This document shows, one piece after another, positions 48,345 through 58,216 of a DNA stretch of 64,000 nucleotides (position 1 is the stretch's first letter; the number at the start of each line of letters is the position of its first letter). Source of the DNA: Candidatus Woesebacteria bacterium (GTDB lineage: Bacteria; Patescibacteriota; Microgenomatia; UBA8517); the NCBI GenBank assembly GCA_003484955.1, contig DMZH01000002.1, positions 14,825 through 78,824 of the forward strand, in the 5' to 3' direction. A model generated the notes under the pieces. That model saw only the letters and a program-made list of their open reading frames with translations. It was not told the origin of the DNA and did not search any database. A program made the position numbers and the translations under genes.

Positions 48345-48997
48345 TGAACATTTTTATCGTTATTCCCTTCAGAAACGAGAAAAAACATATAGGCTTGGTT
48401 GTAAAAGGGATTTCTAAATATAAGCTTCCCGTTGTTTTAGTGGATGACGGATCTATAGACAATCCAAATTTAAGATTTAAAAATGTCACGCTTCTGACGC
48501 ATAAAATTAATTTGGGAAAAGGGGCGGCGATGAAAACAGGGGCTGATTATGCAATTGCCGCTGGCGCTGACGCAATCATCTTCATGGACGGGGATAACCA
48601 GCATATGCCCGGCGATCTTCCAAAATTCATAAAACATTTGGAATCTGGGGGGTGCGACGTGGTACTGGGTTCCAGGAATTATAGTTATGGGGTACCCCTG
48701 ATCCGCTTTTTGGGCAACAAATTTGCATCCGTTGTTCTTGCGATTCTTTTTGGCATTTACGTTTCCGATGTACTCTGCGGTTTTAAGGCATTAACCAAAA
48801 AAGCCTATCAAAAAATCCGTTGGGACTCCACAGGGTACGGGGTTGAGACTGAAATGGTAGCCAGAATCGGAAAAACAAAACTGAACTTTTGTGAGGTTAC
48901 CGTTCAGTCAATTTATCACGATAAAGTGAAAGGTGTTACAATATTGGATGCAGTGGGGATAATGGGCGAGATAATTAAGTGGAGGTTCACGATATAA
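48344..48997 (+). CDS. small GT2 polyprenyl-phosphate hexose synthase (DPM1-like)
   Basis: IVIPFRNEKKHI...VLVDDGSIDN...FMDGDNQH...CGFKAL. TAATG junction with fcl. Confidence 0.75.
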   Translation: MNIFIVIPFRNEKKHIGLVVKGISKYKLPVVLVDDGSIDNPNLRFKNVTLLTHKINLGKGAAMKTGADYAIAAGADAIIFMDGDNQHMPGDLPKFIKHLESGGCDVVLGSRNYSYGVPLIRFLGNKFASVVLAILFGIYVSDVLCGFKALTKKAYQKIRWDSTGYGVETEMVARIGKTKLNFCEVTVQSIYHDKVKGVTILDAVGIMGEIIKWRFTI

Positions 48998-49001
48998 AAA
49001 G

Positions 49002-49331
49002 ATGATCATCGGTTTACAAATTATTGCTTTAATATTCGCTTTCTCAATGGTCTATTTTGTGGTTCTTCATTTTAAACGTGGCGAGATCAGTAAATCTGAA
49101 ATAGTTTCCTGGATTATTATGTGGGCAGCGGCAATTGTTATAATTGTTTTCCCTGAGCTTTTAAGAAAATTTGCCAGTACATTTTTGGTCACCAGAGTTT
49201 TTGATTTAATGGTGATTGCCGGATTCATTCTGGTAATAAGTCTCGTGACAAGTTCCTATATCAGAACAAAGAAATTGGAAAAAAAGCTGGAAGATATGGT
49301 TCGACGCGAAGCCCTCAAGAAATCTAAATGA
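49002..49331 (+). CDS. DUF2304-type small membrane protein (GT2-associated)
   Basis: 109 aa with 3 TM segments and a basic coiled C-terminus. MIIGLQIIALIFAFSMVYFVV matches the DUF2304 N-terminus as I recall it. Sits between two GT2 genes. Confidence 0.55.
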   Translation: MIIGLQIIALIFAFSMVYFVVLHFKRGEISKSEIVSWIIMWAAAIVIIVFPELLRKFASTFLVTRVFDLMVIAGFILVISLVTSSYIRTKKLEKKLEDMVRREALKKSK

Positions 49332-50104
49332 AACCTTTCATCTCCGTTGTTATTCCCTCTTTTAACAAGGTTAAATATATTGGAAAAACTTTAGACTCAA
49401 TCATCAAACAGGATTACCCAAATTTGGAAGTAATAATAATGGATGGGGGTTCAACCGACGGGACGCTTAAAATTATAGAAAAGTATACCAAGAAATACCC
49501 GGATATTATTAAATTTGAAAGTAAAGCCGACAAGGGACAAAGAGACGCGCTCAACAAAGGGTTTAGGAAAACCAGGGGAAAAATTTTAACTTATATAAAT
49601 GCAGATGATGTTTACCAGGAAGGGGCTTTTAGGGAAATTGAACGACTTTACCGCCTAAACATCGATGCGTTGTGGTTTGCAGGAAGAGGAAACGTCATGG
49701 ACTCCAAAGGTGTGACAATCACCAAGTGGGTTACACGCTACAAAAATTTGTTTCTTCTTTTGAATCAAAAATATTTGCTCCTAATTCTCAATTACCTAAT
49801 GCAGCCCTCAGTTTTTATCACAAGGGTAGCCTGGAGGAGGTTCGGACCATTTATCGGTACCAAGAAATTCGTTATGGAATATGATTTATGGTTAAAAATA
49901 GCGAAAGTCAAAATGCCGATTATTACCAATAAATACTTATCCAGTTTTAGAATTGAGTCCTCGACCATTACTAAAAAATCTTCCGATATTCTTTTGGAGG
50001 AGGATGAAAAAGTTGTTAAAAAATATACCTCAAATCAACTAATACTACTTCTCCATCGGTTTAATAATTTACTCCGTGTTGCTACAATTAGGACGATAAA
50101 GTAA
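49328..50104 (+). CDS. GT2 glycosyltransferase
   Basis: ISVVIPSFNKVKYI...VIIMDGGSTDGT...NADDV. ATGA overlap. Confidence 0.75.
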   Translation: MKPFISVVIPSFNKVKYIGKTLDSIIKQDYPNLEVIIMDGGSTDGTLKIIEKYTKKYPDIIKFESKADKGQRDALNKGFRKTRGKILTYINADDVYQEGAFREIERLYRLNIDALWFAGRGNVMDSKGVTITKWVTRYKNLFLLLNQKYLLLILNYLMQPSVFITRVAWRRFGPFIGTKKFVMEYDLWLKIAKVKMPIITNKYLSSFRIESSTITKKSSDILLEEDEKVVKKYTSNQLILLLHRFNNLLRVATIRTIK

Positions 50105-50119
50105 GGACGTTCACATACG

Positions 50120-51568
50120 ATGATTAAGTTTTTTAAAAGGAATTGGCAACTGTTATCTGCTTTTTTAATCTCACTTGTAATGTTCTTTCCGTCGCTTTTT
50201 AAATTTTATACACATGACGATTTTTACTTTTTAAAAATAGCCAACACCCACTCAATTAGCGGTTTCTTAAACTTCTTTAACTTAGTAAAAGATACGGAAG
50301 GGATAGGCGTGTATAGGCCCCTGACGCTTCGTGTTTACTATTTTTTAGGATCCAATCTTTTTAATTTTAATCCCATCCCCCTTCGTATAATTTCGTTTAT
50401 TACTTTTTTTGCAATAATCTTTTTAGTAGGGAAGCTGGCAAAACTTCTGACAGGGAATGCTAAAATTGGCGTTCTTTCTTCGTTTCTTTACGCCGTAAGC
50501 GTAACTCATTTTGGCCAGCTCTATTATATTGGGGCATTCCAGGAACTCTTTTTGACTATGCTATTTCTCGCCTCGGTTATATTTTTTGTTAAGTATGAAA
50601 TTGACACAAAGGCCAAGCATTCTTCCCGAAATTTAATTTTATCTTTCCTGTTTTTTATCCTGACACTTATGAGTAAAGAGACGGGGGTCGTGCTTCCGGT
50701 TATCTTTGTCTTGACTCACTTTTATTTAAAAATCACAAGGCAAGCCAAAGTTTCAATAAAAAAATTAATGTTTTTCCTGCTTCCTTATGCAGCAACTCTG
50801 ATTATTTATTTGACTTTACATTTTTTTAGCTTTGGCCTTATAAAAGGGGATTCATACGTCTGGGATTTTTCGATTAAGAGGGCGGTAAATACAGCTGTTT
50901 GGTATTTCTTGTGGTCGCTTAACTTGCCCGAAATGCTGATTGATTTTATCGGACCGGGAATACATCTGAATCCCAACCTTCTAAAGTATTGGTCAAAAGA
51001 CATTGTTCCGATTTTTGTTTTGTTTGTAATTCAGACGAGTCTTGCGGTATATGCATTCTTTAAGTCAAAAATCTTAAAGAATACACATGTAATCTTATTT
51101 AGTATTTCATGGTTTCTGGTTACGCTTTCGCCGATTGTCTTTTTGCCTCTCCATAAATTCACCTATTATCTGACACTACCCCTAATCGGTGTAGTATTTC
51201 TTTTGTCATATATGTTTCTGAATATTAAATCAAAAACCTCTATTCTATTTTGCATTGTCTGGCTGTCCGTCTCCGCAGTCTCTCTTCGTTTAACGGTTGA
51301 AACAAATTGGATTACGAGAGGGGTGGATACATCAAAAAGGGTTTATACATACTTTGAAGAGAACCGGCTGGCATTAGCATCGAAAAACATAGTATTTGTC
51401 GATACCCCTGAAGATGAAACACTTCCCTGGTCACCGACTGAAACCCTTAAAACAGTACTTTCGGGCAATAACTTTTTTGAAGTGTTCTATCCTGATCTTT
51501 CCTCCCGGGTTTCATATTCCGGTAAAGGAGATATTGAAATAAAATCCCGAAAATTTTTAGGGTACTGA
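50120..51568 (+). CDS. GT-C-like polytopic membrane protein
   Basis: 482 aa with about 11 TM segments. First loop FYTHDDFYFLKIAN (DD). Shows the MSKETG motif common in ArnT-like proteins. Confidence 0.55.
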   Translation: MIKFFKRNWQLLSAFLISLVMFFPSLFKFYTHDDFYFLKIANTHSISGFLNFFNLVKDTEGIGVYRPLTLRVYYFLGSNLFNFNPIPLRIISFITFFAIIFLVGKLAKLLTGNAKIGVLSSFLYAVSVTHFGQLYYIGAFQELFLTMLFLASVIFFVKYEIDTKAKHSSRNLILSFLFFILTLMSKETGVVLPVIFVLTHFYLKITRQAKVSIKKLMFFLLPYAATLIIYLTLHFFSFGLIKGDSYVWDFSIKRAVNTAVWYFLWSLNLPEMLIDFIGPGIHLNPNLLKYWSKDIVPIFVLFVIQTSLAVYAFFKSKILKNTHVILFSISWFLVTLSPIVFLPLHKFTYYLTLPLIGVVFLLSYMFLNIKSKTSILFCIVWLSVSAVSLRLTVETNWITRGVDTSKRVYTYFEENRLALASKNIVFVDTPEDETLPWSPTETLKTVLSGNNFFEVFYPDLSSRVSYSGKGDIEIKSRKFLGY

Positions 51569-51569
51569 T

Positions 51570-52229
51570 ATGATAAAAACAAAAGTAGAAAAACATTTTG
51601 ATAAAGTAGCAAAAAAATACGATTTCTATAAAAAGAAAAATTCATTTTATTATGAGAATCTTAAAAAACTGCTAGGACGCGAAATTCCCAAGAGCGGTAA
51701 CGTTTTGGAAATCGGCTGTGGGACGGGGGATCTTTTGAATCATCTCAAACCAGGAAAAGGTTATGGCTTTGACATAAGTTCCGAGATGATTTCAATTTCT
51801 AATTACAAATTTCGAAATTCGAAAAATCTAACATTCTCCACCGAATGGCCAAAAGGAATTTTTGATTACATTTTTATGAGCGACGTAATCGAACACCTTG
51901 AAAAGCCCAAAGAGACTTTTAAACAAATCTCGAAATTGATGAATGAAAGATCTAAATTTATTATTACTATGGCAAACCCTATTTGGGAATCGGCTTTGAT
52001 GCTGGCGGAAAAATTGAAACTGAAAATGCCGGAGGGACCGCACAGTAGAATTATGAATCATGAATTACAAATTATGATCGAAAAGGCGGGAATGAAGATA
52101 ATAAAACATGATTACAAACTTCTTATACCGGTGAGAATCCCCTTTGTTACAAGTTTTGCAAATAGATATTTGGAGAAATATTTGAAGCGACTGGCTTTTA
52201 TAGAATATTTTGTTGCGGTTAGAACTTGA
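51570..52229 (+). CDS. class I SAM-dependent methyltransferase
   Basis: Motif I VLEIGCGTGDLL. Motif II/III region FDYIFMSDVIEHLEKP. Confidence 0.75.
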   Translation: MIKTKVEKHFDKVAKKYDFYKKKNSFYYENLKKLLGREIPKSGNVLEIGCGTGDLLNHLKPGKGYGFDISSEMISISNYKFRNSKNLTFSTEWPKGIFDYIFMSDVIEHLEKPKETFKQISKLMNERSKFIITMANPIWESALMLAEKLKLKMPEGPHSRIMNHELQIMIEKAGMKIIKHDYKLLIPVRIPFVTSFANRYLEKYLKRLAFIEYFVAVRT

Positions 52230-53352
52230 ATTCCTTTAACGCTATCCACGCCAGCTTGAAAAGAAGGAGACCGTGATAAAACCTTCTGATATTAGTTGAT
52301 CCGTATTCCCTTTCCCTGTATCTTACCGGAATTTCAACAACTTTAAGATTATGTTTGATAGCCGCAAAAATCAAGGCAAAGTCTCCAAATGGATCAACCT
52401 CTAAATACTTCAGATAATCCTTTTTCATTTTCAGGTAGTCGTCTCGAAAGATGGCCTTTGTTCCACAAAGAGTGTCTTTAAAGTGCTGTCCGAAGATTTT
52501 GGTAAAAATCGAACTGAAAAATTCATTTCCAATTTTGTTGAGTGTCTGCATGGCCTGTCCTTCCATGGGATAAACGAGTCTACTTCCGTTGGCAAACTCA
52601 CCAAAACCACCGGCAAGAACGTTATAAAATTTTGGCAAGTCTGAAGAGGGAACGGTACGGTCGGCATCATAAATCATCAAAATGTCCCCTGTGGCTTTTT
52701 CAAACCCAAGCCTTACCGCATCTGCTTTTCCCTTGCCCGTTTGCTTGTACGCTTTTATTTGAATTTTAGATTTCGAATTTTGAGATTTATTCGTAATTTT
52801 AAATTTTTCATTCATAATTTTGTCCCATGTATGGTCTGAAGATCCTCCTTCTACAAAAATTATTTCTTGCCATTTGCCAAATTTTGGAATGGAGCTAATT
52901 ATCTTTTTGATATTTCCTTCTTCGTTTCTGGCAGGAACGATTATCGATACTGAATATTGATTCTTGTTTCTTGTAGTTTGTAATTTTGGCCTTACCACTG
53001 TCACAGAAGTTATTCCGAAAAACCTCGACTGAGTGTTCACTACTTCAAATCCGCTAATGTACAAAATATTTTTCAGGTCATCCTGGTCAAGCCAGTTTTG
53101 CACTCCGACCTTTTTTCTCAAACCCAAGGACGAGGCAAGATTTAGAATCGGCTCCCATTTATGATTGTGGTAGGATATCAACACTTTGGTTTCGGAAGAA
53201 ATTATTTTTCTTAAATCCTCAAAATATGTCTGTAAATCGGGGACATCGCCGATTACATTGTCCAAAATTATCTCACCGCCGGAGGTGGAAAAACTTTTAT
53301 AAACCTTTTGTAAGTCGCGATAGTATAGTTTCTGAAAAATGTTTTGGGACAT
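52219..53352 (-). CDS. GT2 (DPM1-like) glycosyltransferase with an N-terminal methyltransferase half-domain lacking motif I
   Basis: C-terminal part: VSIIVPARNEEGNI...IFVEGGSSDHT...YDADRT...CGTKAI. The N-terminal ~100 aa (…FSTSGGEIILDNVIGDV...HNHKWEPILNLASSLGL…) align with residues ~75-180 of the adjacent MTase 51570 (…FSTEWPKGIFDYIFMSDVIEHL...ANPIWESALMLAEKLKL…). No GxGxG motif is present. Confidence 0.7.
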   Translation of the reverse strand: MSQNIFQKLYYRDLQKVYKSFSTSGGEIILDNVIGDVPDLQTYFEDLRKIISSETKVLISYHNHKWEPILNLASSLGLRKKVGVQNWLDQDDLKNILYISGFEVVNTQSRFFGITSVTVVRPKLQTTRNKNQYSVSIIVPARNEEGNIKKIISSIPKFGKWQEIIFVEGGSSDHTWDKIMNEKFKITNKSQNSKSKIQIKAYKQTGKGKADAVRLGFEKATGDILMIYDADRTVPSSDLPKFYNVLAGGFGEFANGSRLVYPMEGQAMQTLNKIGNEFFSSIFTKIFGQHFKDTLCGTKAIFRDDYLKMKKDYLKYLEVDPFGDFALIFAAIKHNLKVVEIPVRYREREYGSTNIRRFYHGLLLFKLAWIALKEFKF

Positions 53353-53388
53353 TTGAATTCAAGCGTATTATATCAAGCCTTTGGGGAT

Positions 53389-54054
53389 TTATTTAAGTAC
53401 TTCATTTTTAAGGGCTTCAGATTCATTTTGCCAAAACTCCTGCCACCTTTTTGGGTTAAGTGGAATAATCATATGTGGAAAGTCTTTGAGAATGGGCGCC
53501 TCCGCTAACTGTTGGGCTAGTTGAAGAGGGTCAAGTGGCGTATCAAATTTCGCGTGCGCTCGTTTCCGTATGTCTGCAAATTTCCACTTCTTTTTTTTCA
53601 GGATAAGATATAAATCAATAAAATCCCGATTCCTTGGTTTTTGATAAATGGTAAACGCTTTATTTGCTGCAATATCGGTAAGGCTGTCCACTTTGACACC
53701 GTTTATGAGTCTGGGGGTCTCAATGTGTTCGAATGGGTAATAAGTAAATTCAGTTTTAATAATTTCCTTATCGAAGTGAAGATAAAAAAGATTTCTGTTA
53801 AAACTTTGTTGATAATCAATTTTTTTAATACTCAGTTTTTTTGCCAGGGTCTTTAAAATAACCTGTATGCTCATGGGGTCAATTTCTTGTTCCGTGAAAA
53901 AGTCTAAATCTTCCGAATAACGGTGATGAAGATAATATTCGGCAAGTGCGGTTCCTCCACTTAAATAAAAAGATTCTCTAATATTTTTATGCGAAAACAG
54001 TTCGTTTAGGAGTGCTTGCTGTCTTTTGGTAAGGATTGTTTTTGCCATAGCCAA
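53389..54054 (-). CDS. AbiEii/MenT-like nucleotidyltransferase (DUF1814; type IV toxin family), no recognisable AbiEi partner
   Basis: FYLSGGTALAEYYLHHRYSEDLDFF carries the GGTAL...R-x-S-x-DLDF core I associate with AbiEii-family NTases. Confidence 0.6.
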   Translation of the reverse strand: MAMAKTILTKRQQALLNELFSHKNIRESFYLSGGTALAEYYLHHRYSEDLDFFTEQEIDPMSIQVILKTLAKKLSIKKIDYQQSFNRNLFYLHFDKEIIKTEFTYYPFEHIETPRLINGVKVDSLTDIAANKAFTIYQKPRNRDFIDLYLILKKKKWKFADIRKRAHAKFDTPLDPLQLAQQLAEAPILKDFPHMIIPLNPKRWQEFWQNESEALKNEVLK

Positions 54055-54233
54055 GAAAATAAAACTCTTTTACGTTTCGGATCAAGGTGTAATTTGTTCC
54101 AATATTTTTTCAGGAGATCTGTCTGTATTTTCTCGCCATTTAAACCGAAGTTGATTTGCTGTTCCAATCTCCATATGGCATATGTCTTAGGGTTTCTCTT
54201 CAGTTGAGTTGTATCTGTATTCCAATTATACAT
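54006..54233 (-). CDS. small ORF (75 aa) upstream of and overlapping the AbiEii gene; possible antitoxin remnant or gene fragment
   Basis: Only positional evidence. No wHTH signature. A weak resemblance (…DPKRKRVL) to the pre-motif-I region of the 51570 MTase was noted. Confidence 0.2.
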   Translation of the reverse strand: MYNWNTDTTQLKRNPKTYAIWRLEQQINFGLNGEKIQTDLLKKYWNKLHLDPKRKRVLFSWLWQKQSLPKDSKHS

Positions 54234-54432
54234 AGCTCCATTATACAGGCTTTTGCCAGGATTTGCAGAAGGCTAAAACTTTTTGGACTGTTTCCGAATT
54301 GGAAATAGTTGAACCCTGGTCAAGCTCCATTGTGGAGATGTATGTTACTTATATGTTTGTATTTACCTATGTAATTTCAGATTTAAACACTTTTTTACAG
54401 CTATTAGTAATTTCTTTTTACCCATACTATAC

Positions 54433-55395
54433 TTGAACAGTTGGAATATGCATATTAAACATATTGGAAAACCGAAACTTATATTTATGTTTTTGCCGGT
54501 TTTTATTTTGTTTACCTATGCATTACTTTTTTTGGAGACCGTTAAATATCCTGGGTTTATAGGAAATCATTTTTTGATCGACGCCAAGGTTTATTTTGCT
54601 ATCACAATAGTGTTTCTCATCTTTTCGGATGCCAAGTCAAATTTCGCAGGATTTGTATTAAGAGTTAATCGTTTGATTTTGATCCCTCTTTCCCTCATCT
54701 ATCTTGGTTTTTCTCTTCTTGAAGGGGCGCACTTCACAAACTATGTTCTTTCAACTTTTAAATTTCATCTCGACGGCTTGGTTTTGGTAGTACTTTTTAG
54801 CCTTTCAATCTACCTTGTCGACAAATTCAAAAACACCATACCCAGGACTTTTGGAAAACTTGGTCCAATCTATGCGGCAATGATATTTTTAATCACTTTT
54901 TTTATGGTTAAAAATATCACTTACGCCGCCAATACAGGGATCAGCAGAAACTCCTATATTCTTTTTCATTTAAGAAGCTCCTACGATGACAAAATGTTTT
55001 ATGAGTGGGGAGTTTTTTACAGATTTATGGTCTTTGTCAAAAACAATACCCCACAGGATGCAACCATTATTATTCCACCCATGGAGGATCCCTGGCTAAT
55101 GGGAAGCGGGAATGACCATTTTGTCAGAGCTTTCCTTTATCCGAGAAAACTTATTCAGGAGCCAAAAATCATCCCCGATATTAAAGCATTCGGCCCAAAT
55201 ACTTATATTTTAATTACCTGGGGCAAGGAAGCGTGCAAACCCGATCCTGAATGTCACGGCTGGCCCAGACAGGAGATCGCTGCCAAAAGAATTATTTATA
55301 AAGATCCGGACTCAACAAACGTAATAGAGACGAGAGAAAATTCCGTTTATAAACTGGAAGATGATAAATATGTATATGGAATTATCGAACTGTAG
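54433..55395 (+). CDS. membrane protein of unknown function (about 5 TM segments plus a C-terminal soluble domain)
   Basis: Hydrophobic N-terminal two-thirds. Cys-containing C-terminal domain (CKPDPECHGWP). Start ambiguous (54433 or 54448). Confidence 0.5.
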   Translation: MNSWNMHIKHIGKPKLIFMFLPVFILFTYALLFLETVKYPGFIGNHFLIDAKVYFAITIVFLIFSDAKSNFAGFVLRVNRLILIPLSLIYLGFSLLEGAHFTNYVLSTFKFHLDGLVLVVLFSLSIYLVDKFKNTIPRTFGKLGPIYAAMIFLITFFMVKNITYAANTGISRNSYILFHLRSSYDDKMFYEWGVFYRFMVFVKNNTPQDATIIIPPMEDPWLMGSGNDHFVRAFLYPRKLIQEPKIIPDIKAFGPNTYILITWGKEACKPDPECHGWPRQEIAAKRIIYKDPDSTNVIETRENSVYKLEDDKYVYGIIEL

Positions 55396-55401
55396 AATTA
55401 T

Positions 55402-56733
55402 ATGATTATCTCTGTAATTTTTGTCTTATTAATAATTTTAGGGATAGGGTTGCCGCTGGCATTGCTCATTTATCCCAAGCTAAACCACGCGACAGCAATT
55501 GGGATGTCCTTTCCTCTGGGTATCGGTGTTTTTACATTGCTGATGTTTGTTACGAATCTTGTCGGAGTCCGGTTTGGTCTTTCAAATGAATTATTGCTAC
55601 TTTTTCTAATTTCAGTTCCGCTCGTCTTTTTGCAATGGCGGAGGATGGGGAAATTTTTTGTCGGGTCCGTTGATGCTATAAAAAACTTAAAATTGATGCC
55701 GGTTGAAAAAGTGATGTTGGGTGCTTTGGCATTTTTAATTGTTACCAGTTTTATAAACACATTCTATTGGCCGGTTCACATCTGGGACTCCGTTGTTTTA
55801 TATGATTTTAGAGGTCATGTTTTTGCGGAGACCGGGTTTATGAAAGAAGCGTTTATTGACGGTTACTACTATAACTATCCGCTTCTAACGTCTTTGGCTC
55901 ATACTATTGTGTATCTGGGGGGTGGAAGGTACCCACAGTTCCTGTATTCGATTTTCTATTTGTCCCTGGGAGTAGGCTTTTACGGGCTTCTCAGGGAATT
56001 TGTTTCCCGAAAAACAGGTATCTTTTTTACACTTGTACTCTTGCTTGCACAACCGCTTTTTTATCACTCTTTGATTTCTTACACAAACCTACCTTTCACT
56101 GTCTACATTTCATTGGGGGCAATTTCTATTTATCTTTGGGATAAAAAGAAGGAGGTGGGCTACCTTATCTTGTCAGCACTTTTGGTAGGCCTTTCTACCT
56201 GGACCAGGTTTAACGAGCCATTTTGGCTTGCCACCCTTCTTGTTGTTTTTATAGTTTCTATTTACCGGAAAAAAGTTTGGAATTTTGCGCTTTATTCGTT
56301 ATTTTTCTTTCCGATACGGGAGGTCTGGAAAGTTTTTCAAAACTTATTGAGAGGGTCGGGCACTTCGATCACTTCAGAATTTGCCGACTATGGAAGTGTT
56401 CTGCCTGCATTATTGGATATAGAAAAACAGAGGCAAGTAGCCAGTTACCTACATAAGCATGTAGTTGTCCCATGGGGTGCTATATTTGTGGCTTTTATTC
56501 TTGCGACAGTATCTCTCTTTATTCTTAAAAAACAAAAGAAATTATTTTTAATCTACTTCATTACTTTTACACTTCTGGCAGTCTTAATTGCTGGAACCAT
56601 TCAACTAAGTATTACTACAGACTATTGGTACAGGATTGGAGATGCGGCTCAAAGATTATCGATGCTTTTCTACCCGCTATTTATTTTTTGCATAGCGCTT
56701 GTTTTGCAGGAATTTGTTAAAATACAGAAATGA
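55402..56733 (+). CDS. polytopic membrane protein, GT-C-like candidate
   Basis: 443 aa with 11 or more TM segments. Loop WPVHIWDSVVLYDFRGH with acidic residues. Confidence 0.5.
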   Translation: MIISVIFVLLIILGIGLPLALLIYPKLNHATAIGMSFPLGIGVFTLLMFVTNLVGVRFGLSNELLLLFLISVPLVFLQWRRMGKFFVGSVDAIKNLKLMPVEKVMLGALAFLIVTSFINTFYWPVHIWDSVVLYDFRGHVFAETGFMKEAFIDGYYYNYPLLTSLAHTIVYLGGGRYPQFLYSIFYLSLGVGFYGLLREFVSRKTGIFFTLVLLLAQPLFYHSLISYTNLPFTVYISLGAISIYLWDKKKEVGYLILSALLVGLSTWTRFNEPFWLATLLVVFIVSIYRKKVWNFALYSLFFFPIREVWKVFQNLLRGSGTSITSEFADYGSVLPALLDIEKQRQVASYLHKHVVVPWGAIFVAFILATVSLFILKKQKKLFLIYFITFTLLAVLIAGTIQLSITTDYWYRIGDAAQRLSMLFYPLFIFCIALVLQEFVKIQK

Positions 56734-57536
56734 AAATTTTAATTACAGGGGCGTCAGGTTTTGTGGGGAAGCACATGGTTAAAAAACTGTCTCAAAATCA
56801 CCAGATAGTCGAATACGATTTGATAAACGGACAAGATGTACTTAATAACAAACTCCTTGATCAAAAACTTCGCGGGGTAGATTTGGTGATTCATTTGGCG
56901 GCTTTTATTTCGGCAACAGAATCGTGGGAGGAACCGATGGACTATATGAAAAACAATACTCTTGGTACTCTTTCTGTTGTAAAATCAGCCATAAAGGCAG
57001 GTGTCAAAAAGATGATATTTTTTTCATCAGCTGCGGTTAAAGCAAGGCCACTTACTCCATATGCAGTTTCTAAAATAAATGCCGAGAGTATTCTCAAGCT
57101 ATATAGAGACAAAATAAATATTGTTGTGGTACGTCCCGAAAATATTTATGGTCCTGGACAAAAAGAGGCATATGGTTATGTGATTCACAATTTTATAAAA
57201 GCGATTAAAAATGGAAAGGAAATAAGTATCTATGGTGACGGAAAACAGACCAGGGATTTTATCTATGTTGACGATATTATTGCAACTGTTGAAAAAATAG
57301 CTGAGATGAAAATCAAAAGTGGGACTGTGATAAGTTTGGGAACGGGGAAAGAAATAAAAATAATTGATCTGGCAAAATTAGTAATGAAAGTAATGAACAA
57401 GAAAACTCGTATCGAGTTTGCTAAAAAAAGAAAAGAACCACAAAGAAGCATCGCCGATATAAGAATGCTTTCGAAGTTGAAAATTGATGCTAGGAAATTT
57501 GGAAATTTGGACAAAGGGATAAAAAATCTTCTATGA
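56730..57536 (+). CDS. NAD-dependent epimerase/dehydratase (extended SDR)
   Basis: ILITGASGFVGKHM and catalytic YAVSK. ATGA overlap. Confidence 0.75.
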   Translation: MKILITGASGFVGKHMVKKLSQNHQIVEYDLINGQDVLNNKLLDQKLRGVDLVIHLAAFISATESWEEPMDYMKNNTLGTLSVVKSAIKAGVKKMIFFSSAAVKARPLTPYAVSKINAESILKLYRDKINIVVVRPENIYGPGQKEAYGYVIHNFIKAIKNGKEISIYGDGKQTRDFIYVDDIIATVEKIAEMKIKSGTVISLGTGKEIKIIDLAKLVMKVMNKKTRIEFAKKRKEPQRSIADIRMLSKLKIDARKFGNLDKGIKNLL

Positions 57537-58216
57537 AACTATCGATTATTTTGCCAGCAAGGAACGAAGAAACATTGATTAGGGAGACTCTTAGAGACAC
57601 GGTCTCTTTTCTTCAGAAGCGAAAAATTTCTGGATACGAAATCCTTGTGATTATAAATGGTACGACAGATTCTACGAAAAGGATAGTTTCAGAAATGTCT
57701 TTTAAGAATAAAAATATCCGGATGCTTAAATCTAAACCTGGATATGGGTTAGCTATAAGGAAAGGATTTAGAGAAGCGAATGGAGATTATATTGCTATTT
57801 TCAATGTAGATTTTTATGATCTCAAAATGCTTGATCTCGTCAACATTGACCTTTACGGTAAGGATCTAATCATTGGTTCAAAGATGACCCATTGGTCAGA
57901 AGATAAACGACCCGTAATAAGAAGATTGGTTTCCAAACTATTCAATTTATATCTGAAAATAGTTTACAGATTTAAGGGTAGCGATACCCATGGGATTAAG
58001 GTAATGAAAAAGAATGTTGCTGATAGGGTCTTGCCCAGATGCAAAACTGATTCTGGGATTTTTGATACTGAATTTGTTTTGAGAGCTCAAAAATTTGGTT
58101 TTAAAATAGCTGATTTTGCTGTAGCCGTAAGGGAAAAACGTTCCCCGAGATTTAACCAGCGAATTTTGCAAACCTTACTTGACATCTGGAAACTTTATAA
58201 AGCGCTAAATGGATAA
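57533..58216 (+). CDS. GT2 polyprenyl-phosphate hexose synthase (DPM1-like)
   Basis: LSIILPARNEETLI...ILVIINGTTDST...HGIKVM. ATGA overlap. Confidence 0.75.
   Translation: MKLSIILPARNEETLIRETLRDTVSFLQKRKISGYEILVIINGTTDSTKRIVSEMSFKNKNIRMLKSKPGYGLAIRKGFREANGDYIAIFNVDFYDLKMLDLVNIDLYGKDLIIGSKMTHWSEDKRPVIRRLVSKLFNLYLKIVYRFKGSDTHGIKVMKKNVADRVLPRCKTDSGIFDTEFVLRAQKFGFKIADFAVAVREKRSPRFNQRILQTLLDIWKLYKALNG

Noticed and set aside
54006-54233. 75-aa ORF as the AbiEi antitoxin partner of the AbiEii-like gene
   Set aside because: Too short and lacking the wHTH pattern expected for AbiEi. It overlaps the toxin gene by 49 nt in another frame. Kept only as a low-confidence feature and a possible gene remnant.
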